A stretch of DNA of 64,000 bases, from assembly GCF_009914755.1 (NCBI RefSeq), contig NC_060926.1; one strand, written 5' to 3'. Below are positions 49,631-63,232 of this stretch, piece by piece. The notes under the pieces were generated by a model, which worked only from the letters and a program-made list of their open reading frames with translations, searched no databases and was not told where the DNA came from. The number at the start of each line of letters is the position of its first letter. Position 1 is the stretch's first letter. The translations under genes were made by a program, and so were the position numbers. This DNA comes from the human T2T-CHM13v2.0 reference genome, Homo sapiens.

Positions 49631-50689
49631 ATCCTGCCTTCTTTCACTATCTTTTTAGTGGTTCTGATAAGATAGATTATAACATGCATCCTCTACTTAT
49701 TATGGTCTGTTAGCAATTATTAATTCTACCACTTCCCTGATAATACTGGAATCTTAACCATGTTACATTTACCCCCTCACTTCTTTTTATGGTACACTGC
49801 TGTGTATTTTAATTATATATCTACTTTAAATCCAAGAAGACTTTACTATTATCAAATTAATATTCATTTATACTTACACAAATATGTAGCCATTGAGTTA
49901 CACACTGCTTTTCATTTCTCCTAGCATTTTGGTGATATTTTCCTTCTTCCTAAGATATTCTTCTGGAATTTTTTTAAAATATGAAGCTTTGATGGATATA
50001 CATTTTCTCAGTTTTTATGTATTTGAATAATGCTTTTGTTTCACCTTTATTTTTGAATGATATTTTTTATGTTAGAGGTTGACAGTTATTTTCTTTTAGC
50101 ACTTTAAGGAAGTCTTTTTTATTGTTTTTGGCTTCTCATTTCTATTTAGAAGTTTCTTTCAGCCTTATTGTTATTCCTTTGAATTTACACCTTTCACTTA
50201 ATGATTTTAATTTTTCTTGAAAATCCTGACCTTAGGTGAAGAGACATTAAATGAAAAATTCTATTAATTTTAATAAGAAATGTTATATGATCCACCTCAA
50301 CCAAAGATACCCAAATGAATTGGACTGAACAAAGAAAACAGATTTATAATGTAATAACCCAAATATTGAAAGTAAATAAGTGCTATAAATGAAATAAATG
50401 ATGGTTGATTTTGCTCATCAAAAGAAGAACACAGAAGACTTAATAGGTAGCAGTTGGTAAAGGAGGTGTGCAACAGAGTCATTCTTCCTGCACCATTATG
50501 GTCACCAATTTTTCAACTTTTTGGGGGCTGTTGTTTGGCTAATACTCAAACTACACCTAACAGAAATTTATAGCCACAAGAACACCTTTAAGGGGAAATT
50601 AAGACTAAATATGAGAGAGCTTCAAACACACAAACATGGCACAAACATGCAACAGATTGAAAAAATGGTGGGAAATTCTACTTTCAGAG

Positions 50690-50828
50690 AACTTCCTATT
50701 GGTTATTATGTTGTCATTATCTGGATGACAAAATTATCTGTACACCAAACTGCTGTGCATGCAAGTTACCCATTTTACAAACCTGCACATGTACACCTTG
50801 AACCTAAAATAAAAGTTGGGAAAAAAAG
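50690..50828 (+). mobile_element. Short L1P 3' end
   Basis: 'acaaacctgcacatgtacaccttgaacctaaaataaaag' plus A-tail. Confidence 0.8.
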
Positions 50829-50850
50829 AATTGTTGAAAATGCTACTTCT

Positions 50851-51263
<413 letters not shown>

Positions 51264-51297
51264 CTATCACTTATCATAATATAATTATTTAGTAGGC

Positions 51298-51890
51298 TTT
51301 ATGAGGTTAAATTGTGTCTTCCAAGAAGATATGTTGAGATTCTACTCCTGGAACTTCAGAATATGACCTTATTTGGAAATAGAGTCTTTGTAGATGTAGT
51401 CAGTTAAATTAAGATAAGGTTATACTGGAGTAGGGTGGGCCCTAGTCCAATAATACTAGTGTCTGAATAAGAGGAGGAGGAGGAAGAAGAGGAAGATGAA
51501 GAAAAGAAGGAGAAGAAAAAGGAGGAGGAGGAGAAGAGGAGGAGGAGAGGACGAGGAGAAAGAGGAGAGGAGGAGGAAGATAAGAGAGGGAGGACAAGAA
51601 GGAGAAAGAGAGAGAGAGACAGAGAGAAAGAGAGGGAGATGGCCACCTGAAGATAGTGGCAGAAACTAGAATGATGCATCTGTAAGCCAAGGAATGCCAA
51701 GAACTGCAGGCAAACACCAGAAGCTAGAAGAAGCAAAGAAGGATTCTCCTCTATAGATTTCAGGGGGAGAGTGGCCTTGCTGGTGTCTTGATTTAGGACT
51801 TCTGGTCTCCATAACTGTGAGACAATACATATCTGTAGTTTTAAGCCACCTTGCTTGTGGTTTGCTACAGCATTCCTAGGAAACTAATAC
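51298..51890 (+). mobile_element. MLT1C-like LTR with internal GA-rich expansion
   Basis: 'atgaccttatttggaaatag', 'aagccaaggaatgccaag' and 'ctaggaaactaatac'. Confidence 0.85.
51468..51639. repeat. Polypurine (GAG/GAA/GA)n low-complexity tract
   Basis: Directly visible, about 170 bp almost entirely purines. Confidence 0.92.
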
Positions 51891-52434
51891 TATGTGGTTT
51901 TCAGAGGAAAAGTTGCTGTACGGAAAACATATATTTCTGAAATGCGTTGTAACTTTTCTAGAGCTGTTTTGTGGAAAATTATTGGCTTAAAAATTGTTAC
52001 ATGTTAAATCATACATGAAAATCTTAAAAGCAGGCTGACACATTACAAACTTTGGTTTTCAGCTGATTTATTATTATATGCCTAAGTATAGTTTTGTATT
52101 TATCCTACTTGTGGGTATACTACTTGTAGATTTCTTAAATCTGGATTGCTATGTCTTTCATCAGTAGAAAGTTTCTGGTCATTGTCTTTTCAAATATTTT
52201 TTCTCCTCATGGTTTCTATCCTCTTCTTCTGTGCTCTACTGGTACATTGCATGAGATCTTTCCCTTACATCGCACATGTCTCTAATGATCTTTCCTGGAT
52301 TTTTCATTCTTTTTTTCTTTGTATTTCTGTTCAGAAATTGGTCTGTCTTCCAGATGAACAATTATGTTTTCTGCTATTTCCAACCTATTATTAACCTATC
52401 TATTGCATTCTAATAACAGATATATATATATAAA

Positions 52435-52700
52435 TTTTTTTGAGACAGAGTCTCACTCTGTTGCCCAGGCTGGAGTGCAGTGGTGTGATCTTGGCTCACT
52501 GCAGCCTCCACCTGTCTCAGCCACGTGAGTAGTTGGGATTACAGGTGTACACAATCACACCCAGCTAATTTTTGTATCTTTAGTAGAGATGGATTTCACC
52601 ATGTTGGCCAGGCTGGTCTTGAACACCTGACCTCAAGTGACCCCTCTGCCTTGGCCTCGCAAAGAGCTGGGATTACACGTGTGAGTCACCTTGCCCAGTC
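52435..52700 (-). mobile_element. Older Alu (Sz/Jb-like) with small deletion
   Basis: Dimeric Alu; TSD 'cagatatat'. Confidence 0.88.
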
Positions 52701-53078
52701 CAGATATATTTCTAATGCCAGAATTTCCATGCGATTATTTTATAGATTCCAATTTGTGATAAAATGCCCAATTTATTATGGTTTATCTATCATTTCCTCT
52801 CATTCTTTGAACCTATTATTCATATTTCTTTTAAAGCCCTTGTCTGCTAAAGTAATATTTGTATCACTTGTGAATCCACTTTTTTGATCATTTTCCTCTT
52901 GGTTTTCATTCTTATGGTATTATTTTTGACATGCCTAATAATTTTTATTTAATGTCAGACATTGGTTACAAAAATTATGGCTTATCCAGCTGAATATATC
53001 ATTCACTAGAGAGTGCTCATGTTTTTTTTCTGTTGGGCAGACAGAGTGGAGGCTGAACACATTGATCTAATTGGGGAC

Positions 53079-55503
53079 TGATATGGCTTGGTTGTGTCCC
53101 CATGCAAATCTCATCTTGAATTCCCATGTGTTACGGAAGGGACCTGGTAGGAGGTAATTGAATCATGGGGGCAGGTCTTCCTCTTGCTGTTCTCATGATA
53201 GTGAATAAGTCTTATGAGATCTGATGGTTTTAAAAACGGGAGTTTCCCTGCACAAGCTCTCTTCTCTTATCTTCAGCCATGTGAGATGTGCCTTTCACCT
53301 TCCACCATGATTGTGAGGCCTCCCCAGCCATCTGGAAATGTAAGTTCCAAAGGCATACCCAAGACAGGGCAATTTACAAAATAATTTACAAAAGAAGAAG
53401 TATATAAGTTCCAAAGACATACTTGAGACTGGACAATTTACAAAGAAATGGTTTATTGAACTCTCAATTTACAAAAGAAGAAGTATTTTTCTAGATTTCA
53501 ATAAACCTCTCTCTTTTGTAAATTGCCCAGTCTCAGGTATGTCTTTATCAGCAGCATGAAAATGGAATAATACAGTAAATTTGTATCAGTAGAGTGGGGC
53601 ATTGTTGAAAAGATACCTAAAAATGTGAAAGCAACTTTGGAACTGGGTAACAGGCAGAGATTGGAATAGTTGGGGGGGGGCTCAGAAGAAGACAGAAACA
53701 TGTGGGAAAGTTTGGAACTTCCTAGAGATTTGTTGAATGGCTTTGAAAAAAAGGCTGATAGTGATATGAACAATAAGGTCCAGGTTGAGATGTTCTCAGA
53801 TGGAGATGAGAAACTTGTTGGGACCTGGAGCAAAGGTGTGACTCTTGTTATGTTTTAGCAAAGAGACTGGAGGCATTTTGTCCTGCCCTAGAGATCTGTG
53901 GAACTTTAAACTTGAGAGAGATGATTTAGGGTATCTGGCAGAAGAAATTTCTAAGCAACAAAACACTCAAAAGGTGACTTGTGTGCTGTTAAAGGCATTC
54001 AGTTTTATAAGGGAAGCAGAGCATAAAAGTTTCAAAAATTTGCAGCCTGACAATGTGCTAGAAAAGAAAATCCCATTTTCTGAGGAAAAATTCAACCAGC
54101 TCCAGAAATTTGCATAAGTAATGAGGAACTGAATGTTAATTCCCCAAGACAATGGGGAAAATGTCTCCAGGGCATGTCAGAGGTCTTCACAGCAGCCCCT
54201 CCCATCATTGGCCCAGAGGCCTAGGAGGAAAAAATGGTTCTGTGGGCCAGGCCCAGGATCCCTGTGCTGTGTGCAGTCTGGGGACTTGGTGCCCTGTGCC
54301 CTAGCTGCTCCAGCTGTGACTAAAAGGGGCTAAGGTACAGCTCAGGCAGTGGCTTCATTGGGTACAAGTCCCAAACCTTGGCAGTTTCCACGTGGTGTTT
54401 AGCCTGCAGGTGGAGAGAAGTCAAGAATCGAGGTTTGGGAGCCTCTGCCTAGATTTCAGAAGATATATGGAAACACCTGGATGTCCAGGCAGAGGTTTGT
54501 GGCAGGGATGGGGCTGTCATGGAGAACCTCTGCTAGGGCAGTGTGGAAGGAAAATATGGGGTCAGAGACCCCACACAGAGCCTGTACTGGGGCACTGCCT
54601 AGTGGAGCTGTGAGAAGAGGGGCACTGTTCTCCAGATCCCAGAATGGTAGATCTACCAACAGCTTGCACCATATGCCTGGAAGAGCTGCAGATACTCAAT
54701 GACAGCCCATGAAGTCAGCCAGGAGGGGGTCTATACCCTGAAAAGCCACAGGGGCAATGCTGCCCCAGACCATGGGAACCCATTTCTTGCATAAGCATGA
54801 CCTGGATGTGAGACATGGAATCAAAGGAAATCATTTTGGAGCTTTAAGATTTAACTGCCCTGCTAGATTTCAAACTTTCATGGGGCCTGTAGCCCCTTTG
54901 TTTTGGCCAATTTCTCCCATTTGGAATGGCTGTATTTACCCAATGCCTGAACCACCATTGTATTTAGGAAGTAACTAACTTGCTTTTCATTTTGTAGGCT
55001 CTTAAGTGGAAGGGACTTGCCTTGTCTCAGATGAAACTTTGGACTATAGACTGTGGACTTTGAGTTAATGCTGAAATGAGTTAAGACTCTCGGGGACTGT
55101 TGGGAAGGCATGATTGGGTTTGAAATGTGAAGACATGAGATTTGGGAAGGGCCAGGGGCAGAATGATGTGGTTTGGCTCTGTGTCCCCACCCAATTCTCA
55201 TCTTGAATTCTCATGTGTTGTGTGAGGCACTTGGTGGGAGGTAACTGAATCATGGGGGTAGGTCTTTCCCATGCTGTTCTCATGATAGTGTGTAAGCGTC
55301 AAGAGATCTGATGATTTTTAAAAGGGGAGTTTCCCTGCACAAGCTCTCTTCCCTTGTCTCCCACCATGTGAGATGTGCCTTTCACCTTCCCTTTGATTGT
55401 GAGGCCTCCCCAGCCATGTGGAACTGTTAAGTTCAATAACACTCTTTCTTTTGTACCAGTCTTGGGTATGTCTTTATCAGCAGCGTGAAAACGGACTAAA
55501 ACA
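53079..55503 (+). mobile_element. Full-length THE1 (A/B-like) MaLR element: LTR 53079-53574, internal 53575-55163, LTR 55164-55503
   Basis: Two TG...CA LTRs, THE1 internal sequence, polypurine tract 'gggaagggccaggggcagaa', TSD gggac/ggtac. Confidence 0.95.
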
Positions 55504-58386
55504 GGTACTGAGCAGTGCTAAGAGTGAATTGCATTTAAAAATTATTTTTAAAGTTGCAACTAGTGTTTTTTTTTTCCTTTCTTTATCCTAGGGTATAGTT
55601 CTATGGAGCTTTGTACTAGGATCCTGCTGTACTCACTGGGAACCCTTCCCTGGTGGTGGCTTCTTAACATTAATCCATAGTGTTCAAATCTTTAAGACTG
55701 AAAACCCTTTTTCTGTTCAGAGATTTCTACTTCCAGCCATGTGTGCCTTCAGAATTTGGAAAATGTCTTGAAGATGCCAGCATGTTTTCAGACCTCTCAA
55801 GACTCTGATTTTGTCACCCTAACATTGTGTCATTCCCTGCCAGATTCTCACCCTCTTGCCTGAGCCTAGAGTGACCAGATACTCACAGGAAGAAAGTGGC
55901 TTCAGATCATTAGCTTACCTTTCTGAGGTTCTGTCTTCTTTGGAACTTTAACTTCCATGGTACAAATTGCTTTCTCAGACCTCTGATGATTACAAACATT
56001 TTTTTCCTGTCTTTTCTAGTTTTTTTTCTTTTTGGCAACTTTAGTTTGCCACAAACTACTCCATCCTACCCAGAACTGGAACTCTTCTTGTTTAACTTTT
56101 TAAATTGACCTTTCAAACAGTATTAGTATCATTATTTTTAATATTATAGTAATATTTATTGGTGACATGTGAGTCAATAGGTTGTTCAGAGATTAATTCA
56201 ATAGACAGCATTTATGAGCAGCTACTTCAGCTCAAAGTTTGAACATTTAACTAAGTCATAAATCTATGCTATTATGTTATTGTTTGGTTCATTATATGGA
56301 TTGCTATGTTCTGTTGTCACTTTGTTTTACTGTAAATCACTTTAAATATATTATACTCCAAATACTACAGTATTATTTTTTGAGTTAAGTGAAAAAATCA
56401 CATGCAAGTCAATTTTGCTCTTTACAAGCAAAGCAGATATTTCACAACTTGAATTATAATTATAACTTTGGCTATGATGGCTAGACTGAGAAAGATTGGA
56501 AAAACCAGATAAACCCACTAGTTGGAAGAGTTCTCATAGAAGTTACCAAAAATCTCCAAATTAAGGAATCCCAGATACGAAAACATCTCAGCATTTTGGT
56601 AGCAAAAAGAATTCAGACATTCAGTGGAAGTCTAGGCAGGCTGACTTTGAGGTAGATAGGGGGCCCTGTTATAAGGTTTGGGTCTAGAAACAGAAAAATG
56701 TCTCCTTGGATGCTTGAAAGGGAAGGTAAGGACCTAAGCCTTGGGGAATACAAATACTGGAAATTAAGGCAGGGATTTACATTATTTGAAGAAAAGTAAG
56801 GGGTTGGCCAGAGAAGAAAGGCAAAATCCCCTAATTCATCCAACTATGGAAATGTTGACTTGAACGAGTGATTTCGTGAAGCTCCAGCTCTTTATAGTTC
56901 TGCTCTGTTGGAACCTGATTGGCTTCAGTCTGGGGCAGGCCTGATCTTCTCTTTTCCATCCTGGTGCAACTAACAAAGTTGCATTTCCCATTTTCCCTCT
57001 TCCTTACAACTTTTATTGACACACTTCTCATCAACTTTCCCTGATTAAATTGATCACCTCTCCTTTGTTTCACCATTGAATAAACTTGTATAGGTTCCTT
57101 CACCGTTTTTCTATTTCTTTATACAAGTCATAGTGAGTTATTAATACACAAAGAGTAATAGAAAGCAGAGAGTTAGTTGAATCATCTTAATAATTAGACT
57201 CAAAGCTATGATAGCCTGATGGATTAATCACCACATCTGGAATGAACTTGCTTATGAGACAGTTTTATCAGCTGACCAGAGAATGGAGAGAGAAAAAGAG
57301 TTATCAAGAAGTGCAGAAGTTCTGGATTAATTTTAGCCCAAGCTAAAATCACCTATCATTGAATTTGATTCCTGAGGTACAAAATCAAATGCATTAATAT
57401 CAGCCACTATTCTGGCGTATCATTCTTCTATTTATTAAAAAGAATTTATTAGTAACCTTAGAGGTTTTCAGTGTTCAACATGGTGAAATGCTGCTGGGTA
57501 CTTTGGAAGGCATTGAGCGTATTTAGACTTTGGTAGACCTGAGAGCTGCCTTAAAATAGCATGACTTCTTTCCTTTGATGCTAGACTTGACAAGAGGTTT
57601 GATTAGGACTGCTTGGAAGAACTTACAGAATGAGAGATTTCATCTCATGACAAATGTATCTGATGACTTGTTACAAATTTATTATGCAGAACCACAGATG
57701 GAAATATTAACCATGTCTTGTTTTACGAATTCTATGTTTATCCTTGAACAAATGAAAACATTGTCCCCTTCTTTCTTTCAAAGAAATAGCCAGAGCTTTC
57801 TTTGATATCCAAGTTTTTCTTTTTTTTTAAAGTTTTATTTTAGGTTCATAAGTACATGTGCACCTTTGTCATATAGGTAAACTTGTGTCACGGGGTTTGT
57901 TGTACAGATTATTTTGTCACCCTGGTATTAAGCCTAGTACCCAATAGTTATTTTTTCTGCTCCTCTACTTCCTTCCACCCTTCACCCATAGGAAGGCCTT
58001 AGTTTCTATTGTTCCCTTCTTTGTGTCCATGCGTTCTCATCATTTAGCTCCCACTTACCAGTGAGAACATGCAGTATTTGGTTTTCTGTTACTGTGTTAG
58101 TTTGCTAAGGTAATGACCTCCAGCTCCATCCATGTTCCTGCAAAGGACAAGATCTCATCCTTTTTAATAGCTACATAGTATTCCATGGTGTATCTGTACT
58201 ACATTTTCTTTAGTCTACCATAATGGGCATTTAGGTTGATTCCATTTCTTCACTGTTGTGAATAGTGCTTCAATGAACATATGTGTGTGTGTGTGTCTTT
58301 ATGGTAGAATGATTTATATTCCTTTGGGTATATACTCAGTAATGGGATTGCTGGGTGAAATGATAGTTCTGCTTTTAGCTCTTTGA

Positions 58387-58883
<497 letters not shown>

Positions 58884-60983
58884 TGATATTGAGCCTTTTT
58901 CATATGCTTGTTGGCCACAGGTATGTCTTCTTTTGAACAGCGTCCCTTCATGTCCTTTGTCCACTTTTTGATTTTTCTTTTTTTTTTTTTGCATGTAAAC
59001 TTGTTTAAGTTCCTTATAAATGCTGGATATTAGACTTTTGTCAGATGCATAGTTTGAAAAAAAATTCTCCAATTCTGTAGGCAGTTTATTCTGTTTATAG
59101 TTTTTGTTTAATTTTTAAATTTTTTTTTTGCTGTGCAGAAGATTTTAGTTTAATTAGATCTCATTTTTTTTCAATTTTTGCTTTTGTTGCAATTGCTTTT
59201 GGTGTCTTTGTCAAGAAATATTTGCCAGTTCCTATGTTCAGAATGGTATTGTCTAGGTTATCTTACAGGATTTTTATAGTTTTGGGTTCTAACATTGAAG
59301 TCATTAGTCCATTTTGAGTTCATTTTTGTATATGGTGTAAAGAAGGGGTCCAGTTTCAGTCTTCTGCATATGGCTAGCCAGTTATCTCAGCACCGTTTAT
59401 TGAATAGGAAGTCTTTTCTTCATTGCTTGTTTTTGTCAGCTTTGTCAAAGCTTTTTAGTTGGTTGCGATGGTTGTAGGTGTTGTGGTCTTATTTCAGGGC
59501 TCTTTATTCTGTTCTATTTGTCTATGTGTCTGTTTTTATATCAGTATCATGCTGTTTGGTTACTGTAGCCGTGTAATAGACTTTGAAGTTGGGTTAACAT
59601 GATGTCTCCAGCTTTGTTCTTTTTGCTTAGGATTGCTGTGGCTATCCAGGCTGGGTTCTTTTTTTTTTTTTTGTTCCATATGAATTTTAAAGTAGTTTTT
59701 TTTAATTCTGTGAAGAATGTCATTGGTAGTTTGATAGGAATAGCATATCTGTAATTTGCTTAGGGCAGTATGGCCATTTTAATGATATTGATTCTTCCTA
59801 TCCATGAACACAGAATGTTTTCCCATTTGTTTGTGTCATCTCTGATTTCTTTGAGCAGTGTTTTGTAATTCCTGTTTTAGAGATCTTCCACCTCCCTGAT
59901 TAACTGTATTACTAAATATTTTAGTCTTTTCGTAGCTATTGTGAATGGGATTACATTCCTGATTTGGCTCTTGGCTTGACTGCTGTTGGTATATAGGAAT
60001 GCTAGTAAGTTTTGTATCTTTGACTTTGCTGAAGTTGTTTATCAGTTCACAAAGCTTTTGGGCTGAGACTATGGGGTTTTCTAGATATAAAATAATGTGA
60101 TCTGCAAACAGGGATTGTTTGACTTCTTCTCTTCCTATTTGGATGCTTTTTATTTCTTTCTCTTTCCTGATTGTTCTGGCCAGGACTTCCAAGACTATCT
60201 TGAATAGGAGTGATGAGAAAGGGCATCCTTGTATTGTGCCAGCTTTCAAGGGGAATGCTTCCAGCTTTTGCCCATTCAATATGACGCTGGCTGTGGGTTT
60301 GTCTTAGATGGCTCTTACTCTTTTGAGGTATGTCCCTGCAATACCTAGCTTATCGAGAGTTTTTAAGATGAAGGGTGTTGAATTTTATCAAAAGCCTTTT
60401 CTGCATCTATTGAGATGATCAGGTGGTTTTTGTCTTTGGTTCTATTTATGTGATGAATCATGTTTATTGATTTGCATATGTTGAACCAATCTTGCATCCC
60501 AGGGATAAATCCTACTTGATCTTGATGGGTCAACTTTTGATGTGTTATTGGATTCAGAATGTCAGTATTTTGATGAAAATTTTTGCATTGATGTTCGTCA
60601 AGGATATTGGCCTGAAGTTTTCTTTTTTGTTGTATTTCTGCCAGGTTTTGGTATCAGGATAATGCTAGCCTTGTAAAATGAGTTGGGGAGGTATCCTTTC
60701 TCCTCAACTTTTTGGAATAGTTTCAGTAAGAATGATGCCATCTCTTCTTTGTACATCTAGTACAATTCAGCTGTGAATCCATCTGGTCCTGTGCTTTTTT
60801 GTTGGTTGGCTACTTATTACTTATTCAAGTTCAGAGCTCATTATTGGTCTGTACAGGTATTCAGTTTCTTCCTGATTCAGGTGTGGGAAGGTGTATGTGT
60901 CTAGGAATTTGTCCATTTCTTCTAGATTTTCTAATGTGTGCATAGAGGTATTCATAGTAGTCTCTGATGGTTTTTTGTGTTTC

Positions 60984-62321
60984 TTTTTTTTTAATTTTAT
61001 TATTATTATACTTTAAGTTTTAGGGTACATGTGCACAACGTGCAGGTTTGTTACATATGTATACATGTGCCATGCTGGTGTGCTGCACCCATTAACTCAT
61101 CATTTAGCATTAGGTATATCTCCTAATGCTATCCCTCCCCCCTCCCCCCACCCCACAACAGTCCCCGGAGTGTGATGTTCCCCTTCCTGTGCCCATGTGT
61201 TCTCATTGTTCAATTCCCACCTATGAGTGAGAACACGCAGTGTTTGGTTTTTTGTCCTTGTGATAGTTTGCTGAGAATGATGGTTTCCATTTTCATCCAT
61301 GTCCCTACAAAGGACATGAACTCATCATTTTTTATGGCTGTATAGTATTCCATGGTGTATATGTGCCACATTTTCTTAATCCAGTCTATCGTTGTTGGAC
61401 ATTTGGGTTGGTTCCAAGTCTTTGCTATTGTGAATAATGCCGCAATAAACATACATGTGCATGTGTCTTTATAGCAGCATGATTTATAATCCTTTGGGTA
61501 TATACCCAGTAATGGGATGGCTGGGTCAAATGGTATTTCTAGTTCTAGATCCCTGAGGAATGGCCACACTGACTTCCACAATGGTTGAACTAGTTTACAG
61601 TCCCACCAACAGTGTAAAAGTGTTCCTATTTCTCCACATCCTCTCCAGCACCTGTTGTTTCCTGACTTTTTAATGATCACCATTCCAACTGGTGTGAGAT
61701 GGTATCTCATTGTGGTTTTGATTTCCATTTCTCTGATGGCCAGTGGTGATGAGCACTTTTTTCATGTGTTTTTTGGCTGCATAAATGTCTTCTTTTGAGA
61801 AGTGTCTGTTCATATCCTTCGCTCACTTTTTGATGGGGTTGTTTGTTTTTTTCTTGTAAATGTGTTTGAGTTCATTGTAGATTCTGGATATTAGCCCTTT
61901 GTCAGATGAGTAGGTTGCGAAAATTTTCTCCCGTTTTGTAGGTTGCCTGTTCACTCTGATGGTAGTTTCTTTTGCTGTGCAGAAGCTCTTTAGTTTAATG
62001 AGATCCCATTTGTCAATTTTGGCTTTTGTTGCCATTGCTTTTGGTGTTTTAGACATGAAGTTCTGGCCGATGCCTATGTCCTGAATGGTATTGCCTATGT
62101 TTTCTTCTAGGGTTTTTATGGTTTTAGGTCTAATGTTTAAATCTTTAATCCATCTAGAATTAATTTTTGTATAAGGTGAAAGGAAGGGATCCAGTTTCAG
62201 CTTTCTACATATGGCTAGCCAGTTTTCCCAGCACCATTTATTAAATAGGGAATCCTTTCCCCATTGCTTGTTTTTGTCAGGTTTGTTAAAGATCAGATGG
62301 TTGTAGATATGTGGCATTATT
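60984..62321 (-). mobile_element. Young 5'-truncated L1PA (PA3/PA4-like) nested in the older L1
   Basis: Near-consensus 3'UTR; ORF2 C-terminal ORFs 61823-62317 and 61210-61728 with the CWRGC...HCWWDC zinc knuckle. Confidence 0.93.
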
Positions 62322-63151
62322 TTGGTAATATCCCCTTTGTCATTTCTAATTGTCTTTATTTGGATCTTTTCTTTTTTCTTTTTTATTAGTCTAGATAGTG
62401 GTCTATCAATCTTATTTTTTTTTCAAAAAGGCAGGTCCTGAATTTGTTGATCTTTTGAATTTATTTTGTGTTTGTCCAGTCTCCTTCAGTGCAGTTCTGA
62501 TTTTGGTTATTTCTTGCCTTCTGCCAGCATTAGGGTTCATTTTCTCTTGGTTCTCTAGTTCTCTCAGTTGTGATTTTATGTTGTCAAATTGAGATCTTTG
62601 TTACTTTTTGATGTGGGTGTTTAGTGCTATACATTTCCCTTTTAACACAGCCTTAGCTGTGTCCCAGGGATTCTGATATGTTTTATCTTTGTTCTCATTC
62701 CTTTCAAAGAATTTCTTGATTTCTGCCTTTATTTCATTATTTACCAGAAAGTCATTCAGGAGCAGGTTGTTTAATTTCCATGTAATTATAAGGTTTTTAT
62801 GCTTTTCTTAGGCTTGAATTGTACTTTATTAGAGCTATGGTTTGAGAGAGCGGTCAGTATAATTTTGATTCTTTCACATTTGCTGAGGATTATTTTATGT
62901 CAGATTGTGTGGTTGATTTTAGAGTCTGCCATGTGATGATGAGAATAATGTATATTCTGTTGTTTTTGGGTGGAGAGTTTATAGATGTCTATCAGGTCCA
63001 TTTGACCCAGTGTTGGGTTCAGGTCTTGAGCATCTTTGTTAATTTTGTCTGGATCATCCATCTAATACTGTCAGTGGAGTGTTGAAGTCTCCCACTATGC
63101 TTGTTGGGGATTTTAAGTCTCTTTGAAGGATCTGTCCTCCTTCTCATGTGC

Positions 63152-63232
63152 CAGCAGCAGCAGCAGCAGCAGTGGCAGCAGCAGCGGCGGCAGCAGCAGT
63201 AGCAGCGGCAGCAGTAGCAGCAGCAGCAGCAG
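63152..63232. repeat. Interrupted CAG/CTG tract, 27 triplets
   Basis: (CAG)7 TGG (CAG)3 (CGG)2 (CAG)3 TAG CAG CGG (CAG)2 TAG (CAG)5. Confidence 0.95.

Noticed and set aside
63100-63150. 5'UTR-to-ORF2 junction as a spliced L1 (SpIRE)
   Set aside because: The sister element shows no GT donor at the equivalent 5'UTR position; a short GA(T/C)C microhomology fits a DNA-level deletion better
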